Positions 38,659 to 48,781 of a stretch of 64,000 nucleotides of DNA are shown here, in pieces. Each line of letters starts with the position of its first letter. The first letter of the stretch is position 1. The position numbers and the translations under genes were made by a program. The DNA lies in the sequence record SRR31156797_2095, one strand, 5' to 3'. The notes under the pieces are model-generated. The model was not told the DNA's origin. It ran no database searches and saw nothing but the letters and a program-made list of their open reading frames with translations.

Positions 38659-39543
38659 ATGGCAGAAATTCTTGCGGTGGCTAGCGGTAAAGGTGGAGTA
38701 GGAAAGAGCTTCTTCTCTTCAAATGTTTCTATGTCTCTTAAATATGCTGGCAATGACATTTTACTTGTTGATGCTGATCTTGGCGGGGCGAACCTTCACG
38801 ACTTTGTCGGGCTGAAAGTACCTGGACTCGGGCTTTATGAATTCCTTAAAGATAAGATAGACATAGAAAAAGTCATCACCGAATCACCTGCGGGTGTGGA
38901 TTTTATTGGTGGCTCAAGTGACGTCTTAGGTATCGCACACATCACAAACTTTGAAAAATTAAAAGTTTTAGGGAAATTAAAAAACCTAAACTATAAATAT
39001 GTTCTGCTAGACCTCGGAGCTGGAACAAGTTTTAATACTGTCGATTTTTTCAACTTCGCTGATAAAAAAATTATAATGATGAACTCTGAGCCGACTTCTA
39101 TCGAAAACTCCTACGGTTTTCTCAAAGTCGCTCTTTATAGAAAAATTGAACTCCATCTTAGAAAAAACCCTAATTTCTCAGAAGTATGCAAACGACTTCA
39201 AAGAAAAAGTATGCAGTACCCTAACATTAATAGTATCTTTAAAGAAGTCGAAGGGATAGACCCTGCCGCTCTTACAGAAATACGTGAAATAGTAGACAGT
39301 TACAAGGTAGGTATAGTATTAAACCTTATCAGAACAAGGAAAGAGTTAAACGTTTTCTACGGTTTTGAAAGTGTCACTAAAAAATATCTTGGTATTAATA
39401 TTGAAAAATTAGGTTTTATGCCATATGATAGAGGCGTAAGTGATAGTATAAAATTGATGAAACCATATTATATTAGTAATATGAAAAGCGATGTCTCGAA
39501 ATGTATTGATGATATCAGAAGTCATATTATAACAAAGCTATAA
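38659..39543 (+). CDS. MinD/FlhG(FleN)-like ATPase
   Basis: ASGKGGVGKS, DADLGGANLH, DLGAGTS, EPTSIENSY. Confidence 0.88.
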   Translation: MAEILAVASGKGGVGKSFFSSNVSMSLKYAGNDILLVDADLGGANLHDFVGLKVPGLGLYEFLKDKIDIEKVITESPAGVDFIGGSSDVLGIAHITNFEKLKVLGKLKNLNYKYVLLDLGAGTSFNTVDFFNFADKKIIMMNSEPTSIENSYGFLKVALYRKIELHLRKNPNFSEVCKRLQRKSMQYPNINSIFKEVEGIDPAALTEIREIVDSYKVGIVLNLIRTRKELNVFYGFESVTKKYLGINIEKLGFMPYDRGVSDSIKLMKPYYISNMKSDVSKCIDDIRSHIITKL

Positions 39544-39553
39544 GGGGTGCTCA

Positions 39554-40528
39554 ATGAGCAATCTGCAACCAATTGGCGAACTTGATTACGATGATTTAGA
39601 ACAGCACGAGGGGATGGAAGTTATCCAGCTTGTTGGACTTAAACTTGGCGAAGAAGAATACGCTATCGATGTTCTTAAAATCCAAGAAATCATCAGAACA
39701 GTCGAAATCACATCTGTACCTAGAACAGACTCTTTTGTACTCGGGGTTATGAACCTCAGAGGTAAAGTTATACCTGTGATAGACCTTCGTATTAGATTCT
39801 CTCTTGATAAAATGGACTTTGATAAAGAAACAAGAATTATTGTAGTCCGTTTTGAAACAGAGAACATCGGCTTTGTTGTTGACGAAGTTACAGAAGTTAT
39901 AAGAATTAATAAAAGCATGGTAGAACCAACACCACCTCTCGTAGGTTCTGTTGGTCAGGAATATATCCTCGGTATATGTAAATATGCTGAAAGACTTATT
40001 ATCCTCCTTGATATAGATTCAGTTGTTAACGATGACAAGACACTTGAAAGCGACCTTAAGAAAACTATCCTCGGTCAGATGGCACTCCCATCAGCTGAGC
40101 AAAACTATCAGGAGATCGCTTCTAATGTTGAGCAGGAGTACGCTGAGCCAGAGGCTAGCGAACCGGCTGCAATCACTGCTGAAGAATCCGTTGTTGAGGA
40201 AGGCTCCGCTGATGACGAAGTCGGTGCTTCCATAGACGACCTTATCGCACTAGAGCTCTCTAAAAGAGAGGCTGAAACAGACGAACTGAACGCCAAAAAG
40301 AAAGAAGAGTCCTCAGATAACGAGGATTCAAAAAAAAAATCTGAACCAGTAGAAGATGCTGGCGGTGATCTTGACGATATTCTGAATGACGCCCTTAACC
40401 AGTGCGGAAGCCAGATGGAGTCTGATGACGGTCACGTTGAGCAGTTAGAGCTCGATGACCTTATCGCTCTTGAGCTTGCTAAAAGAGAAGCTGAAACAGA
40501 CGAACTTAACAAAAAAAAAAAACAGTAA
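39554..40528 (+). CDS. cheW: CheW with acidic C-terminal extension (first part of a possible CheW-CheZ fusion)
   Basis: EEYAIDVLKIQEII...VPRT..FVLGVMNLRGKVIPVIDLR...GFVVDEV. Ends KKKKQ* at an A12 tract. Confidence 0.9.
   Translation: MSNLQPIGELDYDDLEQHEGMEVIQLVGLKLGEEEYAIDVLKIQEIIRTVEITSVPRTDSFVLGVMNLRGKVIPVIDLRIRFSLDKMDFDKETRIIVVRFETENIGFVVDEVTEVIRINKSMVEPTPPLVGSVGQEYILGICKYAERLIILLDIDSVVNDDKTLESDLKKTILGQMALPSAEQNYQEIASNVEQEYAEPEASEPAAITAEESVVEEGSADDEVGASIDDLIALELSKREAETDELNAKKKEESSDNEDSKKKSEPVEDAGGDLDDILNDALNQCGSQMESDDGHVEQLELDDLIALELAKREAETDELNKKKKQ
40235..40510 (+). repeat. 57-bp imperfect direct repeat in the CheW tail (DDLIALELxKREAETDELN x2)
   Basis: Copies at 40235-40291 and 40454-40510. 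Confidence 0.85.
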
Positions 40529-41862
40529 CTAATGAAACGGCTGAGGAATCTGTAGAGAAACCTCAGCCTGAACTTTCCCCTCAGCCTGCCGAAGAAGAGG
40601 CGGCTATCATAGAAGAAACTTCCGAAATTAAAGAACCGCAAGAAGAAGCGGTAACCGAAGAACCTGAAGAAACCCTTGAAACTAACGAAACAGAAGAAGA
40701 CACCATCGACAATGAAGTTGTGCTTGATGATATCGAAGATGTTTCAGAAGAGATCGAACTTGACGATGAACTCGAAGATATTGAACTCCCTGACGAGATA
40801 AGCTCAGAGCTGGATGATGCTGTCGCTAGCTTTGAAGAAGATGATATCTTACCAGAAGAAACTCCTGAGCCTGACGCAATTATCGAAGATGAAATAAGCC
40901 TCGATGATATAGAGTTAGACGATAGTATTGATGATATCAGTGTTGAAGAGCTACAGATTGAAGAAGTAGATGACTTACATGATGAACCGACAAGCCCTAT
41001 TGATAGACTCGTCGCAGAGGCTGAAGAGCTCATCGATGAGGAAGCGACTGACACTGTTGAGGAAATTGTTGACGAAGTTGAAGAGGTTACCGAAGAGGAC
41101 GAACCGGCTGCTGAAATCGAAGAAAATATCGAAGACATCCTCCCTGAAACAGAAGAGGAAGTTGCTGATGAGCCGGCTGACCCTATTGAGGATATCGTGG
41201 AAGAAGCTGATGAGGAAGACCCGATGGCTGACCTCAAAGCTATGTCTGCGGAAAGTACCGAATCAGCGGACGAATCTTTTGATAAACTCAAAACACTTTC
41301 TAAGAGAATTATCGACGGCGAAGCTATTGATCTAGGTATAGATATAAAAGGCGAGATCACTGAACTGCTCAAACTCATCAAAGACACCAAAGAGCGTGTC
41401 GATGAGATAGAGCCGGTGCTGGCGACTTCTAATGAGCAGATCCCAAGTGTGCTCAACACCCTCGCATCTGTAACTGAATCCACCGAAGATGCAACACTAA
41501 GCCTTATGGAGAATGCTGATGGGCTTAATAACTACTATCAGGAATTCATTGGCGAAATAAGCGACCTTGAAGATCTCATCTACAGAAAAGATGTAGCAGC
41601 TATCGTTAAAAAGATAGAACAGCTTGAAAACGACATAAATAATACTGACAAAATGGGATACAACATACTACACGCACTCGAGTTTCAGGATATCACCGAG
41701 CAGAAGCTAAACAAAGTTATAGGCTCAGTAAGTGATATCGGTGCTCGGCTAGGTGCGATTCTCGGCTTTATCAAACTTAAGCAGGAGCAGGATCCGACAT
41801 CTGTGGACGATGCATCACAGGATGATATCGATAAGCTTCTGGCAGACTTTGGTCTCGATTAA
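40522..41862 (+). CDS. cheZ: CheZ-like phosphatase with long acidic N-region, frame opens at the A12 tract
   Basis: TESTEDAT..LM, ALEFQDITEQKLNKVI, C-terminal ASQDDIDKLLADFGLD. The frame is open from 40510 with no start codon until an SD-less GTG at 40720. Confidence 0.75.
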   Translation, partial: TVTNETAEESVEKPQPELSPQPAEEEAAIIEETSEIKEPQEEAVTEEPEETLETNETEEDTIDNEVVLDDIEDVSEEIELDDELEDIELPDEISSELDDAVASFEEDDILPEETPEPDAIIEDEISLDDIELDDSIDDISVEELQIEEVDDLHDEPTSPIDRLVAEAEELIDEEATDTVEEIVDEVEEVTEEDEPAAEIEENIEDILPETEEEVADEPADPIEDIVEEADEEDPMADLKAMSAESTESADESFDKLKTLSKRIIDGEAIDLGIDIKGEITELLKLIKDTKERVDEIEPVLATSNEQIPSVLNTLASVTESTEDATLSLMENADGLNNYYQEFIGEISDLEDLIYRKDVAAIVKKIEQLENDINNTDKMGYNILHALEFQDITEQKLNKVIGSVSDIGARLGAILGFIKLKQEQDPTSVDDASQDDIDKLLADFGLD

Positions 41863-41881
41863 CAAATATTGATCGGAATTT

Positions 41882-41918
41882 AAGCACCTGTTTCATTGGA
41901 CTCAGGTGCTTTTTTTTT
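41882..41918 (+). terminator. Rho-independent terminator after the cheZ-like gene
   Basis: AAGCACCTG...CAGGTGCTTTTTTTTTT. Confidence 0.85.
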
Positions 41919-41974
41919 GCATAGCTTTAACTTTTCACTTGATTTTCAGTCTAACTTAATATCCCACCTTTCAT

Positions 41975-42141
41975 TGTGGAAAAACTGTTGAGAAAAAACT
42001 TTAAAAAATGGACATAGACACTGTATTTTTTATTGACATTGAATTTCCAGTTTATTATAAGTATCTTACATGAAACCATTGACAAACAAGCATTTGAGCT
42101 GTCAAGAACTATTTTATCCACAAAATTGTGGAATAACTGTT
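41975..42141. promoter_or_regulatory. DnaA-box/IHF-like intergenic element, copy B
   Basis: TGTGGAAAAACTGTTG at 41975, perfect TTATCCACA at 42114 facing TGTGGAATA at 42127. Same layout as 22110-22276. Confidence 0.55.
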
Positions 42142-42322
42142 TATTTTTTTCCGATGTCATAAAAAAAACAGAAGGTTTTTATAAACTTATGGCATCTGTT
42201 CATTTTTTGATCATAATTTATAATATAAATTATTTTTTGGATTTTCTGCTAAAGCAGTTCATTTTCATAATTATCTTGCACAGCAATACTGTTTTACATT
42301 ATAAAGTAGATTCAGGTGACAC

Positions 42323-44209
42323 ATGACAAACAATAATACTGTATTTAATATTTTTCTTAACGCTTGCGAACAATACAAAGACAAAACAGCGTACATATAC
42401 AGAGCCGGCGAAGAAGAGTTTGAGGTATCGTACAAAAAATTTCTCGAAGATGTTTTTATTCTGTCTAAGACATTCAAAAAACACGGCATACAAAAAGGTA
42501 CAAAAGTCCTCTTTATCTCTGACAACCGATATGCGTGGATAGTTACAGACATGGCTATCGCATCCCTAGGCGCTATCATAGTACCGAGAGGCAGCGACAC
42601 GCCTATGGAAGAGATGAGCTACATCGCAGACCACTCAGGGAGTGAATACGCTATCTTCGAAACTGAAGCCGTGCTTGAAGCGTCTAAAAAAGTCATCGAA
42701 AAACATAAGTTCAAAGAGATATTTCTTGTTGAAGGGGAGGATAAATCCCGCTTTTTCAGCAAAATACATACATACAATGAGATAATGGGTTCAAGAACCT
42801 ACACTGAGACGGAGCTCGAAGAGTTTAAAGCTAAATCTGACGGTAATAAAGACGACATATTCACCATTATATATACATCAGGAACAACTGGTCACCCGAA
42901 GGGAGTAATCCTAACCAACCAGAACCTAATACATAACCTTGACGTTATCCCTGATCTGATAGCGCTTACACCTGACGATAATTGGGTTTCTATCCTGCCT
43001 GCATGGCACATTTTCGAGCACGCAGTTGAGCTTGTCTGTATGGCTAACGGATGTAAGCTCGTATATTCCGGTGTTAAGACATTTGCAGGTGACCTTGAGC
43101 ACTATAAACCTACTATTGTAGCGACTGTCCCTCGTGTTTGGGAGTCTTTATACTCTAAGGTTATCTCAGCACTGGAAAAACAGAGCGAAAAGAAACTAGC
43201 AATGTTTATGCTACTCGTGAGGGCGTCATCTTCGTATAACAGACAGCTCCGCAGGATCAAAGGCGAGCTGCCGGTTTTTGAAAAACAGAACTTTCTTACA
43301 AAATATCTGCATAAACTCGGTTCACTTATAAAGCTGATAGCGCTCATACCGCTTAAAGCTCTCGCTACAAAGAAATTTAAAGCGGTACAGGACAAATTTG
43401 GCGGACAACTCAGGCTGGCGGTAAGCGGCGGCGGAAGCCTCCCTGCATACCTCGAAGACTGGCTGGATGCTATCGGACTTCGCATAGTAAATGCATACGG
43501 AATGACAGAGTGCGCACCGGCTATAGCAGGTCGTGCACTTAACTGCGAAATATTCGGCACTCTCGGCCCAGCCGTACCAGGTACTGAGATGCGGATATGC
43601 AGCGAAGAAGGTGATGTTCTCCCTGCCGGAGTCGAAGGAGAGATTCAGGTTAAAGGGCCGCAGGTTTTCCCAGGTTACTATAACCTGCCGGAAGAAAATG
43701 AGAAGTCTTTCACAAATGACGGTTTTTTCCGCACCGGAGACCTGGGTATGCTCACTATCACAGGCGAGCTGAAAATAACTGGTCGAATCAAAGACATCAT
43801 CGTCCTTGCTAACGGTGAAAATATCGACCCTACAAAGATCGAATCAGCTATAACAAAATTGCCGTTCATCAAAGATGCTGTCCTGGTCGGTCAAGATCAG
43901 AAGAGTCTCGCAGCACTTATCATACCTGACTTTGATAAGCTGAAAGAGCACCTCAGCAAAAAGATCGACGGGCTTGTTCACCACGATGACGAAAAGATGA
44001 ATGAGAAGAAAGTAGTTGATACAGTTAAGAAAGATATCAACAGACTGCTTACGAATAAAGCTGGTTTCAAATCACACGAAAAACTGACAAATATCTCTTT
44101 CCTCGAAAAAGACTTCAAGCTTGGCGAGGAACTCACTAACACTCTTAAGAAGCGGAGACACTTCATAGAGAAGAAGTATAAAGAGATCATTAGCTCACTA
44201 TTTAAATAA
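42323..44209 (+). CDS. Long-chain fatty acid-CoA ligase
   Basis: IIYTSGTTGHPKGV, AYGMTE, FRTGDLG, GRIKDIIVLANGENI. Confidence 0.92.
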   Translation: MTNNNTVFNIFLNACEQYKDKTAYIYRAGEEEFEVSYKKFLEDVFILSKTFKKHGIQKGTKVLFISDNRYAWIVTDMAIASLGAIIVPRGSDTPMEEMSYIADHSGSEYAIFETEAVLEASKKVIEKHKFKEIFLVEGEDKSRFFSKIHTYNEIMGSRTYTETELEEFKAKSDGNKDDIFTIIYTSGTTGHPKGVILTNQNLIHNLDVIPDLIALTPDDNWVSILPAWHIFEHAVELVCMANGCKLVYSGVKTFAGDLEHYKPTIVATVPRVWESLYSKVISALEKQSEKKLAMFMLLVRASSSYNRQLRRIKGELPVFEKQNFLTKYLHKLGSLIKLIALIPLKALATKKFKAVQDKFGGQLRLAVSGGGSLPAYLEDWLDAIGLRIVNAYGMTECAPAIAGRALNCEIFGTLGPAVPGTEMRICSEEGDVLPAGVEGEIQVKGPQVFPGYYNLPEENEKSFTNDGFFRTGDLGMLTITGELKITGRIKDIIVLANGENIDPTKIESAITKLPFIKDAVLVGQDQKSLAALIIPDFDKLKEHLSKKIDGLVHHDDEKMNEKKVVDTVKKDINRLLTNKAGFKSHEKLTNISFLEKDFKLGEELTNTLKKRRHFIEKKYKEIISSLFK

Positions 44210-44210
44210 A

Positions 44211-45995
44211 ATGAATAAATTCTTACCAACCACCAGAGAAGAGATCGATGCATTAGGCTGGGACAGACCAGACATTATCATCGTCTCCGGCGATACTTAC
44301 CTCGACAGCCCTTATAATGGAGCTGCACTCATCGGCAGGCTATTACAGTCGGAAGGTTATAACACCGCCATAATAGCTCAGCCGGATGTTGATACTGACG
44401 ATGTCGCAAAGCTTGGCGAACCTAAACTCTTTTGGGGAGTGACATCAGGCTGTGTGGATTCTATGGTGGCTAACTATACTGCTTCCAGAAAGCCGAGACG
44501 CTCGGACGACTTCACCCCGGGCGGTGAAAACACACGCAGACCGGACAGAGCAGTAATAGCATACACAAATCTCATTAGAAAACATTTCAAGGATACATCA
44601 CCTATTGTCATAGCGGGGATAGAAGCATCACTCAGACGACTGACCCACTACGACTTCTGGTCGGGCAAACTCCGCAGGTCGGTACTTTTCGATTCAAAAG
44701 CTGATTATCTGATATATGGAATGGGCGAGAAAGCTGTTCTCGAATTCGCAAAAGGGACTCAGCCGGAGAAGATAGACGGGCTCTGCTACGTTGCAAACGA
44801 GATACCGGAAGGCTATATAGAGCTTTCGTCACACGAAGAATGCAGTGACGACAAAGACGTATTCACAAAAATGTTCCACACATTTTATCAGAATAATGAC
44901 TATATAACCGCAAAAGGTCTCGCACAAAAGCAGGACACCAGATACCTCATACAAAACCCGCCAGCAGAAGACCCTACAAGGGTTGAGATGAACAGCTATT
45001 ACGAACTTCCGTATACCTATGAGGTACATCCGCACTATGCCAAGCATGGTCACGTGAAAGCCATGGAGACCATCAAAAACTCCATAACAACACACAGAGG
45101 ATGCTACGGCGAGTGTAATTTCTGCGCTATCGCTGTCCATCAGGGGACAAGGATTGTTGAGCGGACAGAAGCATCGGTTGAGAAAGAAGTTCAGCGCTTC
45201 ATAGATAAGAAAGGCTGGAACGGTATCATCAATGATGTCGGCGGTCCCACGGCAAATATGTACGGAATCGAGTGCCGTAAGAAGAAAGATAAAGGACGCT
45301 GTCCTGACAAGAGATGCATGTACCCTAAAATGTGCCCGTCACTCGGCGTAAATCATAAATTTATCAACTCCTTACTATCCCGCATACGCAAGATGGACGG
45401 GATAAAACGTGTCTTTATAGCATCCGGTATAAGGTACGACCTTATTATGGAAGATAAGAAATTCGGCCCGCAGTATCTTGAAAATCTTGTCCGCTTCTTC
45501 GTATCCGGTCAGCTAAAGATCGCACCGGAACACAGTGAGCAGGAAGTGCTTGATATGATGGGGAAACCGTCTGAAAAAGTGCTGAAAGAGTTCGTTGAGG
45601 CTTATTATAAAGAGAATAAAAAGCAGGGCAAAAAGCAGTTTCTTACATATTATATGATAGCGGCGCACCCGGGATGCGAGATGCATCACATGGAAAATCT
45701 GAAACGGTTCGCATCGAGAGAATTAAAGATAAATCCTGAGCAAGTACAGATATATACACCTCTACCATCGACCTACTCCGCACTTATGTACTACACAGGA
45801 AAAGACCCATTCACAGGGAAAGAGGTCTTTGTTGAACGTGACCAGACCAAAAAGGTTAAGCAGAAAGAGATTCTAACATCTGCCACCGGACGCCCGTCAG
45901 GGAAAGCTACGGCTAAAGCTAAAAGCAGCCACCGCCCTAAACCGAAATCGAGACCTAAACCTAAATGCTGCGCTACTCGAAGGAAACGGAGATAA
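44211..45995 (+). CDS. ygiQ: YgiQ family radical SAM protein
   Basis: FLPTT.EE...GWD, GIEASLRR..HYDFWS, HRGCYGECNFC, GGPTANMY, LKIAPEH. Confidence 0.9.
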   Translation: MNKFLPTTREEIDALGWDRPDIIIVSGDTYLDSPYNGAALIGRLLQSEGYNTAIIAQPDVDTDDVAKLGEPKLFWGVTSGCVDSMVANYTASRKPRRSDDFTPGGENTRRPDRAVIAYTNLIRKHFKDTSPIVIAGIEASLRRLTHYDFWSGKLRRSVLFDSKADYLIYGMGEKAVLEFAKGTQPEKIDGLCYVANEIPEGYIELSSHEECSDDKDVFTKMFHTFYQNNDYITAKGLAQKQDTRYLIQNPPAEDPTRVEMNSYYELPYTYEVHPHYAKHGHVKAMETIKNSITTHRGCYGECNFCAIAVHQGTRIVERTEASVEKEVQRFIDKKGWNGIINDVGGPTANMYGIECRKKKDKGRCPDKRCMYPKMCPSLGVNHKFINSLLSRIRKMDGIKRVFIASGIRYDLIMEDKKFGPQYLENLVRFFVSGQLKIAPEHSEQEVLDMMGKPSEKVLKEFVEAYYKENKKQGKKQFLTYYMIAAHPGCEMHHMENLKRFASRELKINPEQVQIYTPLPSTYSALMYYTGKDPFTGKEVFVERDQTKKVKQKEILTSATGRPSGKATAKAKSSHRPKPKSRPKPKCCATRRKRR

Positions 45996-48741
45996 TCACT
46001 TCTTTACCATCACGAAGCAGAGTCATCTTATATGTTTCACCCTCTTCTGCATAAAGAAGCGCTATCCTTATACCGGATAGATCGTCCACTCTGTATCCGT
46101 TGAACTCTATGATGTAATCACCTGCTTTAACACCTGATTTCGCTGCGATTTTATCTTCGATAACTTCTTTAACTAACAGACCATTATCTGTTTCATCCAC
46201 CAGAACACCTATCTTCGGAGATGGTGTATAAGCCATCTCATCTGGGTAAAGTATGTAATCAGCAATACCATCCTCAAAGTTTTCGTCCTGCAAAACTGTT
46301 ACATAATCATAGCCAGTACGCCTTTTAACTCTGTCCGCTATTCCATACCCAAACCTTACGTGTCCGTTTCCAGCTAGGATAACCATAGTCTTGTCGGGAT
46401 TAGCCTTTATGTAATTTGATGCTGTTTCAGCCATGGTCTCGTCCCACAGGAGCTGTGCTTCATAAAAATGCTCAAATTTACGTTTACCAGCGTGCATGTT
46501 GAAAATCTTTTCAAGAAAAGCTTTGTAACGCCCGCCAGTGTATTTTATGTCCTGCGGAATCATCTTACGCTCTGCATCTGACAAAGATAATATGCCGCCT
46601 GACGATATCTTCTTTGTTATCTCCTGCTCCAGATTAAGAGCAATCAACGGTATATTATTAGCCTTTGCGTAATCAATTATCCTTTTATACAGGCGGAAAT
46701 CAAAGCGCCACCTGTTGTAATATTCGGAATCACTAATCATCTCAGCCTGAGTGGAGGTTCCGTTAAGGTATTCATCAAGCTCCGCCTGAAAATGTCTCTG
46801 AAACATCTCAAGCCCTATTGCCACATCACGCCCTGACTCAGTTAGCCGACTAATAAACTCTAACTGATTCTCGTGGTGCGCAAACTGGTCATGGCTTTCA
46901 CCGATTAAAAAAACTTTCTTATCAGGATTCTGCTCTACTATATCTTTAATACTTAAAGATTTTGTCACCGCAACCCCCATCTTCTTATTGCTAAGTTTTA
47001 TAACCAGCCCCTTATCAGAGGGGTCTATCTCTTTCTCATACGACCTTCTGCCCTTTAGCGCAAGCGATGAATATTTGCCATAATGGCTTATACGTCTGAC
47101 ATTGCTGTTAGTCTGCTTCATATCAGTGCTTAAAACGAGATATGACATCCGGTCGCTTCCCATCGGATGCTTATAGCTTTTAAGAAGAAACTGTCCGTCA
47201 AACTCAGGAGCATCACCGTAAAGTTTTCTGAACGCTCTATTATTCTCACCAGCAAAGACCATTATCTTATCAGTATAAAGTGAAGGATTGGCATCATCAC
47301 TGACGACTTCGGCATATTTCAAGCTCATTATGAGTGGTGCGTAAACTCCCCTCTTCTCCGGATTTACAAAGACAACCTTCTTATATTTGCTGAAAAGGTG
47401 ATGCAGAACCGGTGTCATCTCCATATCTGTGAGAAATCTCGCAGCCTTATATTCAGGGTCGAAAACAAGCTCCACCGGCTTCGATTCGCTCTTTATCGTT
47501 GCTGATTTCTTCTTATCTTTCACATACAGATATTCGAAAAACTTCTTACCGTCTTCCGTTTTAACAAGCACTTCAAGAGGATACTCGAGCCACTCGTGTT
47601 TATTATTAATATCAAAGCTCACTTCATATCCGTTTAGCCCTGCTTTCACTTTCGGCTGTGTGATATTAAATTCTGCCAGCGCAGTTTCCGCCAGCCAGCC
47701 ATCGAGGAAATCTCTGAGGTGAACTCCGCTAACATCCTCGAAAGTAATAATAATGTCGTCCCAATTCGCTGTGCGGTTCATAAATCTATTAACAAATATT
47801 CTTATCCCTTTATCAAAATCTTCCTTACCTATCATAGCCTCAAGCATGGAGAATACCATCATACTCTTAGCATAACCTATTGCCTGAGCAGTCTTATCCT
47901 TATTATACTTAAACTCCATAAGGCAGGTTCCGTCCTCTTTCTGCCTCGAGTGAGCCATATAGCTTTTCAGTGCATTCTTGCGATATTCCGCACCTTCTCC
48001 CTTCATCTCAGCATATAGTCTGTCAGCTAAATATGTCGTCAGACCTTCCGCCCAGTTCCCATCTTCATAATCAGCCTTTACCCCTATACCCATCCACTGA
48101 TGAACAAGCTCGTGCCCTAGGGAAACATCTGTCAGGAAAGGCATTCCGATTATTCTGCTGGAGATAAAAGTCATAGACCTGAGGGCGTGCCCCGCAGGGT
48201 AAGGGACATCTATAACATTAAATGAACTGTAAGGGTACTTACCTAACTTTTTGGTATATATATCAAGAAGCTGTTTTAGACGCTCAAAATATGCTTTGCT
48301 GTGTTTGCTGTTCTTTTCAGTGAAAAAAGTGGATATATCAACGCCCTTATGTTCAACAGTCTCTTTAATCCACTTATCAGAAAAGGCAATTGTAACACCG
48401 CCGTCAGGGTTATCAAACTCAAGCCTCATGCCACCTGAAGTTACCTTAGCCCTGTCGCTCTCGGTGACATACATAAACTCATCAGGCAGAAAGACATACA
48501 TACGCAGCCCCATACCCTCGGGCAGTTCAGGCATCCACCTTTTATATATGACAAATGTATGCCCATCGTTATAATCAGCATCTTTCAGGTCGAAACGAAA
48601 CTCTGAGCTCTTCCCATTTAAATCGAGAACTCCAACAATATCACCCTCTTTAGGGTTTATCTTAACCGCCACATCGGCGTACTCTTTTGCAAAAATTGAG
48701 AAAGGTATTAGCAGAATTATAAGTATTAGAAGCTTGCGCAT
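45973..48741 (-). CDS. Exported M1-like metallopeptidase + ChaN-like + PDZ multidomain protein
   Basis: HELVHQW...NWAEGLTTY (HExxH..E), ChaN IGESHD...GLEMF...AQLLWDETMA...LAGNGH, C-terminal PDZ. Confidence 0.85.
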   Translation of the reverse strand: MRKLLILIILLIPFSIFAKEYADVAVKINPKEGDIVGVLDLNGKSSEFRFDLKDADYNDGHTFVIYKRWMPELPEGMGLRMYVFLPDEFMYVTESDRAKVTSGGMRLEFDNPDGGVTIAFSDKWIKETVEHKGVDISTFFTEKNSKHSKAYFERLKQLLDIYTKKLGKYPYSSFNVIDVPYPAGHALRSMTFISSRIIGMPFLTDVSLGHELVHQWMGIGVKADYEDGNWAEGLTTYLADRLYAEMKGEGAEYRKNALKSYMAHSRQKEDGTCLMEFKYNKDKTAQAIGYAKSMMVFSMLEAMIGKEDFDKGIRIFVNRFMNRTANWDDIIITFEDVSGVHLRDFLDGWLAETALAEFNITQPKVKAGLNGYEVSFDINNKHEWLEYPLEVLVKTEDGKKFFEYLYVKDKKKSATIKSESKPVELVFDPEYKAARFLTDMEMTPVLHHLFSKYKKVVFVNPEKRGVYAPLIMSLKYAEVVSDDANPSLYTDKIMVFAGENNRAFRKLYGDAPEFDGQFLLKSYKHPMGSDRMSYLVLSTDMKQTNSNVRRISHYGKYSSLALKGRRSYEKEIDPSDKGLVIKLSNKKMGVAVTKSLSIKDIVEQNPDKKVFLIGESHDQFAHHENQLEFISRLTESGRDVAIGLEMFQRHFQAELDEYLNGTSTQAEMISDSEYYNRWRFDFRLYKRIIDYAKANNIPLIALNLEQEITKKISSGGILSLSDAERKMIPQDIKYTGGRYKAFLEKIFNMHAGKRKFEHFYEAQLLWDETMAETASNYIKANPDKTMVILAGNGHVRFGYGIADRVKRRTGYDYVTVLQDENFEDGIADYILYPDEMAYTPSPKIGVLVDETDNGLLVKEVIEDKIAAKSGVKAGDYIIEFNGYRVDDLSGIRIALLYAEEGETYKMTLLRDGKEVIISVSFE

Positions 48742-48781
48742 ATTTGAACCTCGAGAAAATAAATTATGTAGTAATTATATG

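Noticed and set aside
40581-41483. 300-aa Ser-rich ORF on the minus strand
   Set aside because: Antisense shadow of the Glu/Asp-rich cheZ-like frame.
41975-42141. Replication origin (oriC)
   Set aside because: Only one perfect DnaA box, no dnaA/dnaN/gidA context, and a second similar element exists at 22110.
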